Assembly: GCA_018398765.1 (NCBI GenBank)
Contig: JAHBMJ010000027.1
Location: 1-58,891, forward strand
Origin: Chromera velia
Lineage: Eukaryota
Reading direction: 5' to 3'
DNA length: 58,891 nucleotides
Part shown: positions 50,089 to 58,891 of the stretch, one piece after another
Position numbering within the stretch: the first letter of the stretch is position 1
Layout: the number at the start of each line of letters is the position of its first letter
The notes under the pieces: generated by a model
Databases searched by the model: none
The model's input: only the letters and a program-made list of their open reading frames with translations
Told to the model about the DNA's origin: nothing
Position numbers and translations under genes: made by a program

Positions 50089-51079
50089 CTCCCTGACTTC
50101 TCACACACACCCTCGGTGCAGGTGCGCGTGACGTCCTTCCCTCCCTCACTTTCCCTGTCATGTCACGCTCTTCTGATGTTTTGCATAAGGTGTATACCGT
50201 GAGCGGTCTCTCCACCCACTTTTGTCGTTGCTTTTTCTCATCGCGCTCCTGTCAGGTCATTTTGAGCCTTTCTGAATAAATCCACTTCCATCTGTGTCGC
50301 TTTGCAGCTCAACCCAAGCCACACAAATGGGTACTGCCGAGGTCAGCTGAGCATCACGTGTATCACTCCTCGCAAACCTTCAAACGCTTCCAGGGCCTTT
50401 AAAGCATTTCGCATGCTGTCCGACATTCTAGCACCATTATGCATTCTGCTTTCATAATGGCTAGAAATCCTGCTGCAAAAACGCTGAATTTTGCTCATGA
50501 AAGCGCCGTCGGTAAGTTCAAAAGTGAAAGATGCTTCATGATGGGCACCAAAAAAATAGATTGAATGCTCTCTTTCTGCTCACTGCAGAACAGCGGCGCC
50601 AAGCCACACGCACGGTATCGAAATGGACTTGGGGTAAGCCTCCCACTTTTTTCATGCCTCCTCCTTTTTCCGTTTCACCTCGCTCGTTCCAATGTGTCTG
50701 TGTCTTCTTCTTCAACTTTGCCCTTTCTTCCTTCTTCTTTCGGTCCATGAAAACTTTTTAAGGCGTATTTTTAGTTCTACTCGCTCACGGTTATGTGAGG
50801 GAGGGGTTTGTCTTATACAAGCGCGAGGGAGGGGTTTTGTCTTGTACAAGTCGGAGCAAATACTTTGAATTTGTGTCACATTGTGCCCTGCCCATTGAGC
50901 CAGAAATAGCTTTTTCTCTGCTCTCATACATGCAAAGAGAATCGCAGATGTCCTCAATCCAGTGCTCGGATTTGCAAATGCAACTCTTTACTGGATGCAT
51001 GATCGAATGAATGCTGATTGACTCCAAGGATGTTCCATGAGTCTGAGCTTGTCAAGGGCGCAGGGCAGCAGTGGCTTGA

Positions 51080-51540
51080 GCAGTGGCAATCGCAGCAACG
51101 GCAACAGCAATAGCAGCAGCAGAAGCAGAAGCAGAAGCAGCGACAGAAGCAGCAGGAGAAGTCGAAGCAGCGGCAGAAGCAGCGGCAGAAGCAGCAGCAG
51201 AAAGAGAAGCAGCAGAAGCAGCGGCAAAAGCAGCAGCAGAAACAGAAGCAGCAGAAGCAGCGACAGAAGCAGCAGGAGAACCAGTCAAAGCAGCGGCAGA
51301 AACAGAAGCAGCAGAAGCAGCGACAGAAACAGCAGGAGAACCAGTCAAAGCAGCGGCAGGAGCAGCGACAGAAGCAGCAGGAGAACCAGTCGAAGCAGCG
51401 GCAGAAGCAGCAGCAGAAAGAGAAGCAGCAGAAGCAGCGGCAGAAGCAGCAGAAACAGAAGCAGCAGAAGCAGCAGCAGAAACAGAAGCAGAAGCAGCAG
51501 AGGGAGCAATCAAAGCTGCAGGAGAAGCAGAGGCAGTCAC
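51080..51540 (+). repeat. GCA/GAA-rich minisatellite (Ala/Glu-rich in one + frame)
   Basis: Recurrent units GCAGCGACAGAAGCAGCAGGAGAACCAGTC and GAAACAGAAGCAGCAGAAGCAGCG; overlapping ORFs on both strands because of low complexity. Confidence 0.85.
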
Positions 51541-53068
51541 ACAGTGCATACACAGAGAAGCAGAACGAGAAGCATTCCCACTGTCAGCCCACAGAGAAGG
51601 TTCCGCCCTTGTTCAGCACTAGCAGCACGATGGAAGCAAACGGAGCAAGAGTCGGCCGTGCCGGTTGTGCAAATACCTCTCCATCTGGTGGGCTCCATGG
51701 TGAACGGATAGAACGGCCGACGTACTAGGAAACGGAACAGCACTGAGCCACACTTCGACTGGTGAGTTCTATCTGTTACTATGTGCTCCTTTCGGTCCGG
51801 TGCCTCGGTTTTGTTGTCTCCTGCAGTTGCTCTTTTCATGACGGGTCGCGCACGGTGTCCTAGGGTATCCGTCGACTGCAGCCATCCATTCGTGACATAT
51901 ATATGCGCTCCCTTTTTGTAGATGAGGCCAGAATGCATAGTGGTGAACGAGACAACTGCCACCCGGATAGAAAGGCGCAAAGAGGCTTCAAACAGTTACA
52001 GGCCCAGCTGTGCATCTGCCTGCTGAAGAGGCAGCAGATTCAATCGGTTATTGTTACACGTTTCAGCCGCATTCGTGAAGTAGAGAGGCTCCTGATTTCA
52101 GGCACGTCTGGTTTTGCGTCTCTGGTTTTTGAATATATGGGCTTGCCAGTTTTGTCCTGTTCACTCACCCGCTTACTCCTTCCGACTACATTCGTGCAAC
52201 TGTTTTTCTCTCAATTCCACCCGACCTGGCGGACGACCTGTGACGTATCGAGATCGGAGCCCTTTGGACGAGAGAGCGCGCTAACAAACGGACAAAGGGA
52301 ACACTTGTGAAGATCATGATCAACAGGTACGGCAGTCCCAAAGATAGTGTCAGACAGAACCAACGTAATTGTGGTACCCTTTGTTTTGCCCATCTGAGGT
52401 GTTTTGGCGCTGTCGCTATTCTGTCGTCCAATCATGGAATTTGCGTTGAACAGCAAGCGTGCTAGCTTGTAGGACACATGAAAATTCAGTTACTGTAAGG
52501 TGTCGACATATTCATCCTTTTGTCTTTTTTGAACATGCGCGCAACCAGAAAAATCTGTACATGTATCGATTCTGCCTATCTGATGCAGATCAAAAATTTC
52601 GATTTCGCCTGAAGAAGGCACAACTTGCTGCATGGGGAATCGATGCGGAGCTTGGAGGAAGCATTGGGGTGGATCCGGCACCGGATCTTTCTGCATATTC
52701 TGCTGACAGAGCAGACAGATGACCACTGCTGCTGCTGTCGGTGTTCCCGCTGCCGTCAGTGATGGCTGCAGTCATTGCTGCCGCTGCTGCTCCCACCGAT
52801 GCCCACACAAATACCGATCCCGATCCCGAGACACATACGGATGCCGATGCCGATCCGAGACAGAAACCGAAACCGATGTCGACCTCAACCGCTGCCGTTG
52901 CCGCTTTCGTGACCACTGCCCATCCGAGACTCCACGACATCCACTGCCGTCGAAGAGCTGCTGCCACTCTCCCACATTTATGCTGCCCCTGCGCCCCTCT
53001 GGCAAGAAATAAGGTACTCTGTTTCTGAGGGTCGAATGTCAACTGTCCAGACATTCATTGACAGCTCA

Positions 53069-56000
53069 TCATGAAGACACCGGCATCAGCATGACTTTTA
53101 CTCTGTGATCGCTACCTGGATTTCCTTTGTATTCAATTCCTCCTCTATTGTCACGACTTGCGCTGCAGGTGCAGAAGAAACGGAACACTGAAGGGTCAGT
53201 TAAGTGATTTCCTGATGCAGCGAAATAATGGAAGGATATGCAAAAATGAAGTCGGTCCAGAGTTAAACTTTTCCTTTGATGAATTAAGTTGGGAGTTTTG
53301 CCCCACCTCGACATGCACTGGATGTTCCTCAGTCTCCAGGCGTGTAAGAAATCCAAACAGAGGACAAAACTTCTCGAGTCTTTCTGTTCAGTCAATTGAT
53401 TTGGAACCCAGGTGCACGCGTGCCCCCTGTAAATGTTTGATTCAAAAAATTGCCTGAAGTGTATCTCAAATAAATCAGTCGCGCTGCCACTTGCACCATT
53501 CTTTACTGTGTCTCGATGTGTCTGTTGCTCAGTCCCTGCGTGACTGCCTGCCTCTTCTCGTGTCCGCCTTCTTTCCTGCGGGCCTGTCTGCTGCTTGCTC
53601 TCTGTTTTTCTCTTGGTTTCTGCGCATTTCTGCAAGCAAATCTCATTCATGTAAGCAATGATACATTGGGATGCTTTGCTATGCAGAGACGCTTCCTCGT
53701 CGAGCATTGAAGCCTCCAGTTCGTCGTCAAGCATGATCGCGCATGATGGGTCGTCGTCCCACTCCGACTCAAGCATCGGCACACCAGAGGAAGGTGACAG
53801 AGACTACGCTTGATATGTGTTTCAATGAAGACCTTTCTGCCTTCTGTTTTTTTTTTTTCGTCATTCTGGATTTGCTGTTTCTGCTTGGGTGCCTGCTCTT
53901 TCAGTCCACCTGTAAAAAGCTCCTCTCAAATGTGTGCGTCCCAAAAATCAATCAGAAGCGCGACCGTATGGCAGGAGAGACTGAGATAGAGGGATTGGCT
54001 CAAGAAAACCTCCTTCAATCTCTCCAGCGTCCGTCCTACCCGAACGATTCATTAAATGATTTTGGAAGGCCTTTTGCCCTCCAGCAGATTGATTGACATG
54101 AAGATTCAGCAATTGACCAAACCAAGAAGTAGAACTTCAAGGTGGGCGTGAGGGGTGTGTGGATCGTTGGTTGCTGTGCTAGAGGGTGGATGTTGGGGTG
54201 GGATTAGATGAGAGGTGGGGGTGATGCGGATTGAGATGTGGGATAGTGGGGTGTGGTGTTGTCAATGAGGGTGGATCGGAGGGGTGGGGGGGGAGTTGAT
54301 GGGTCGGGTGAGTTGGTAGGGTGTCGCTCTTTTTCCAGTCATACTTGAAAAGAAGTTAAACGTTTCGGGTAGGCGGTTCGTGAGGACGGTAGGGATTACT
54401 CGGTTCCGACTACGTGCAGTTGTGGAACGAGATCCCCCTGATGCCATACAAATCTTCGCGTCTTCTCGTCTGTGTGCCTGTGTGTGCCTGTTGGTGAATG
54501 TCGGTGCGCACTTCCGTGTGAGTGTGTGCGTGTGCGTGTGCGTGTACGTGAATTTGTCTGCGCTTTCTTCGCGCGTGCGTGTGTCTGTGCCGCCGGTCTT
54601 CTTTCTTCTTCTTTTTGCTTTCCTGTCTATCTGTGTGAAGGCCTGTAATTGTCCGTCGTGTCTCCGTCGTTGTGTGTTTTTTCATCCCTCCGTCCCCCTT
54701 TTCGCTTTTCCCTCTGTCTGCGCGTGCGAACATGCCACACACCAAACTGAAGGATATTTGCCACATGAAATAAACTCGGAGTTCCAAAGTTTCGCTTTAG
54801 TACGGATCGTTTGGGATGCTCTGGGGCTGCATCTGTGCATCTTCGTCTGATCACCCTCATGCCGCATTCAATCTTATTCTCAGGCTGGCCCGATCTGTCG
54901 TAAATTGCCCCTTTTCCCCTGCATGTGTGACTGCTTCATCCATCCACGCACCTCTTTTTCTGTCTCTGTCCTCTGCCATGTCCCTTTTGCTGGTTTAGCC
55001 CCCTCGTGAACATGCGTTCCGGTGTAGTCTAAGAGTAGAAAATCCTCAAAAATTGAGGCTCTTCTGTTCACGATGTGCAAAAATGTGAGAAACCATGTTT
55101 TTCTACTTCGATCTATCTCTGCTTCTTCTTTATTTATTTGGAAAGACGCGCTGGAGATCCGTGCACATTTGTGTCTATCGATCTGATTCATGTCTTTGCA
55201 GCAGCCCACAAAAGACTCGAGCTCGCGAAGTACATGTACGAGCGGCACTTTTTCGGCATGCAACACCTCGAAGTAAGCCTTCACTCGCTGCAACACGTCT
55301 CGGAGATTCTTTTCCTCTTCCACATATTTTTCTTTTCTTGTGACACTTCGTGAGAATTGTTCAAAGTTCATTCAATACTCTTGGCGCTTCTAAACGATTC
55401 AGGAAGCACACCATGAACACGGAATTCCTTTTCGGGAGCAGTCAGAAGAAAAAAACAAGTAGGGGCTGAAGTGCTGTTTGCCGCATCCATATGCCTACTT
55501 CTGTATTGTCGCCCCACTTAGACGCCCAAAGACAGAATTATTTGGCTGAATAAACTAACCGAAAGCCATGTGCCTCAAAGCAGTCAATTGTCAAATGTTT
55601 CGATCAATGGCTGTTCTCATTTGAGCGAAGCAAGTTACGTCTTGCAGGAGATGTTCAAGGATGCCATCAAAGTCGAAAACTACAACATCGCGAAGATGAT
55701 ATTGAAGCACATCAACATACAGGTCTGCCTCGGACACATGTCTGCAATTTTCCCACGATTCTAGAACGTCTCATTCATCGCCAGCTTCATGCCCCCTGAT
55801 GTTCCCCCTTTGAGCAGAATTTCCTTTTCGGGTAGATGAATTACAATCATGCTTGGAAATAGATTGTCGAGGTTCGTTGCCCATGCATGGTGCTTTAAAT
55901 TCGCCGAAATCCTTGTCGAATGTATTGTCCCAATTTTCTCGTGCATACGCTGGCTTGCAGAGACAGAAGGTCACGTACAATGTACTGAAATTCGCAATCA

Positions 56001-57000
56001 ATGACAGCCAAGACGGTGAGTGACTGTCGCGTTCAGCTCCACTCGTTCTCTTGAGATATGCCGCACTCAGACGTCTGTTCGTGTTGATGCAACTTTGAAG
56101 GAGCACAACATTTTTCTCTTGGAGGTGTGTACCGACTGTCTACATGGACGCTCCACGAAGCCTCAGCACTGGTTGCTTGTTTTATGCACGATCACTCACT
56201 CAGCTTACTTGTGTGCGGGAATGTATATGTGCAGGAGCCAGCCCGATAGTCGAACAGAGAAAGAACGTCAACAATGTGCTCGAGTTTCTGTCCCTTCGGG
56301 GAATAAATACCAGGATTAACGGAGTGGAATTTCATGGTCAGTCTGGCTTCTGTCTTTCTTTGCTTTTACACTAACTCGACTCTCCTTCCGTATGCGTCTG
56401 CAGGGGCTTGTTTTCTCGACCCATCATTTTTCTTTCCCTTCTCTCTTTCATACATTTCCTTCCCTATGATATCATGAATCTTCTCTCTAGCTGTCAAAAT
56501 GCAATCTCATCCTAACTTTGATTTTCTTTCTCCAAATGCATATTTTTCTTTAATTCCTTTGATGATTGAATCCCTTTCTACCATTTTTTTCGCGCTCAAA
56601 CCATCCCGCCAGCTCTCGCTGAATTGAACAGAGCTCCTTGTTCTTTTTTGTTGGTTACTCATAGGTTTCGTTGGGCTATCTGAAATACCGAAGGCGATAC
56701 AGCTCTTGTCAGACCTGCCGAACAACATCAAGTACCTCGACCTCACAGATTCGTTGGTTTCTGACCCTTTCAGTTGTACAAAGGCAGGCAGCCTAAGGGG
56801 TGATATTCAATCTTTTTGATTTTGCCTGCATGCTTGACGATCTTTTTGCGCTTGCCAATGTCTACATGTCCTCGTTTTTCTTGCGGCTTCCGTTCGTTGT
56901 TTGTTGGTTGCTGCAGAATTTCAGCCCTCTGGTTGTCTTTGTCAAGCTGTTTTCTGCTTGACAGCACAAGGAGAGTGAGGCCGCAAGTTGAAGACCTCAT
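53069..57000 (-). pseudogene. Probable decayed gene of unknown family (stops and frameshifts)
   Basis: Protein-like frames: ORF 54880-55371 (EEEKNLRDVLQRVKAYFEVLHAEK...), HEAGDE*DVLESWENCRHVSEADLYVDVLQYHLRDVVVFDFDGILEHLLQDV...DRNI*QLTALRH (TGA at 55771 and 55591), KSKLG*DCILTAREKIHDIIGKEMYERE (TGA at 56507), and ORF 53069-53782. No domain recognised. Confidence 0.45.
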
Positions 57001-58629
57001 GCAGTGAATTGCACGTTAACTTCCACATTCGAGGGCTTGTCTGAGGCCATCCATTGCCTGCATGCCTGCATGCCTGCATGCAAGCTCTCTTCTTCAATCA
57101 TGTGTTTTGCCTAATGATGCCTGTTTTAATCTTTACGTTATAAACTCCCATGGCTTCTGCTTTTGCGCCCATAGCTGCTATTTGATTTCATTGTACTACG
57201 AACAACAATCTCTCGATCCTCAATCCTCTCGCAAGTGCAGACTGTGATCTCTCCGACGGAGAATTGGAGGTGGTTCTGGGGGGACTCAAATCAGGGGTTC
57301 ATGAGGGCCTAACTCTAAATGGTCGGACTCCGTCTTTCAAGTGTAGAAACTTGCAAACTCTCTTTCTCACTGTCTCTTGACTTTCGGCGGTAGATCCGCA
57401 GGTGTGTGTATGAATCCATCTGATCGAAAGGTGTTTCAAATTGATTTTGGTTTCGGTGCGGAAAAGTAAGTCCTTTTCGTATCTTAGATATAGGTGCTGC
57501 CTCCTTCTTTTCAACGGTATTGTCAGTGGTTGTCCGACTTTTCAGCACTTAGTCACTACCAGCCGTGCGAACTCTCTTGCTCTCTATGTGTGTGCCCTGG
57601 GCCAGTCATGCACTGTTGGATGTACGTGGAATGGTGCGGTGTGGTGTCTTGGCTCATTGGATTCTGTCCGAGAATCTGTTCCTGAGTGGAATTTCTGTTT
57701 TCTGTTGCGTCCACCAGAGTTTTCATGTCCTTCTCTCTTCTCAATATCCACGCGTTTGCTCTGTGCCGAAGTGGCTTCTGCGTGGCTTGCATTCCAACCA
57801 TAGACGTTCCACAGTGGGGTCGCCTGACCGTTTGACTGCCCGATTACTTGACTGCTTGATTTGCTGCCGGCCTGCCTGCCTGCCTGCCTGTCTGCCTGTC
57901 TGCATGCGTGCTCACTGCCTGACTGTCTGCTTGACTGCTTGACCTACTGGGTGGCTGACTGACTGATTGATCGAGATCGGAGAACGACTGCTAATTCGTT
58001 CACATGTGTAGAAAAACCCATGTTCCCCTTCCAAAACTGTTTATATACCTGCGAGCGAAGCAGATGTTCTTCGTCCAATCTGGCGCTCTTTCTGTTGCTG
58101 ATTGCAATGAATGCTGCATGCAGAAAATGCCTCGATCAGTATGGGAGGATGGAGACAACTGGAGGCCGCGTTGGAGCAAAAATTGTCGGGCTGCTTGAGA
58201 GTGCTGGGTCTGAGCGGTCAGTCACTGTCATTTGCATACATCGATCTTTTGAAGGCCTTTCATGGCCACGATAGGAGGTAGTACAATCTCCTTAATTTCT
58301 TTTTCCCCTTCTGTTCTTGCGTGAAAACAGCAGTCAGGAGGGGTGCACTTCAGTGATCCGGGAGGTGTAGAGACAAGCTAAGGGCAGTTGACCCATTACT
58401 TTCGGGCCCCTGGCCCGCGTTCCCTGAGCATCTTTGCCGTTTTTTCAGCATCTGTGCCGTTCTTTCACCGTCGGCTCATTCTTTCTTTCTTTCTGTGGTG
58501 CTTTTGTTTCATCCAATATTTCTTTGTCAGTTTTTTTTGCATTTTTTCCTTTCATTCTTATTCCTTGAATTTCTCCCTCCTTCTCCGTTGTGTCCGTGAA
58601 AAGAAGAAAATAGCAGAAAGAAAGAAGTT

Positions 58630-58689
58630 TCTCTCTCTCTCTGTCTCTCCGCGCCCCCTTGCTTCTCCTTTGTTTCCCCCCCCTCTCCC

Positions 58690-58765
<76 letters not shown>

Positions 58766-58839
58766 AAGAGAGAGACACACACACACACACGCACACACAT
58801 TCACACACACACACACTCACGCACATACACACACACTCG

Positions 58840-58890
<51 letters not shown>

Positions 58891-58891
58891 A
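58630..58891. repeat. Compound (CA)n/(GA)n microsatellite
   Basis: Seen directly; runs to the window end. Confidence 0.95.

Larger units (their letters stand above)
49900..53030 (+). pseudogene. Probable decayed multi-exon gene containing the poly-Pro and Ala/Glu-rich segments
   Basis: Exon-like AG..GT blocks (e.g. 50308-50341, 50588-50633). A phase-consistent intron at 51762-51826 joins ...VVQIPLHLVGSMVNG*NGRRTRKRNSTEPHFDC to CSFHDGSRTVS*GIRRLQPSIRDIYMRSLF..., with in-frame TAGs at 51709 and 51861. Confidence 0.35.

Noticed and set aside
50954..51711. Cys-rich, Ser/Arg-rich or Ala/Ser-rich proteins from overlapping frames
   Set aside because: All derive from one GCA/GAA minisatellite that lacks stops in most frames; the true frame cannot be fixed.
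53069..57000. Autonomous transposon or retroelement ORFs
   Set aside because: No RT, integrase, DDE transposase, tyrosine recombinase or Rep/helicase motif recognised in the fragments.
316..58891. (CT)n(GT)n at the window start and (CA)n(GA)n at the end as giant inverted repeats
   Set aside because: Only simple repeats match; I saw no unique flanking similarity.

Overview
Eukaryotic nuclear DNA with GT-AG introns, microsatellite-rich non-coding sequence and a few N gaps. Sequence style and gene content suggest a chromerid alveolate such as Chromera (inference, not verified). By joining exons by hand at splice sites I reconstruct six intact genes arranged as three head-to-head pairs. Pair 1 is a ~1,553-aa TMEM26/TMEM121-like membrane protein (-) and a 27-exon ~3,200-aa CFAP47 orthologue (+). 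Pair 2 is a protein with five tandem glutaredoxin-like domains (-) and an SLC43/LAT3-like MFS transporter (+). Pair 3 is an intronless 14-repeat ankyrin protein (-) and an ALMT/FUSC-like transporter (+). Five AT-rich islands, strongly enriched in TpA/CTAG, lie in the intergenic DNA and look like hypermutated repeats; one contains a 247-bp MITE-like element with perfect 18-bp inverted ends. The last ~10 kb holds microsatellites and decayed coding-like sequence on both strands, where several in-frame stops are TGA/TAG, each one C-to-T change from CGA/CAG. The best candidates for new biology are a possible RIP-like repeat-mutation process outside fungi and the five-domain glutaredoxin with graded active sites.
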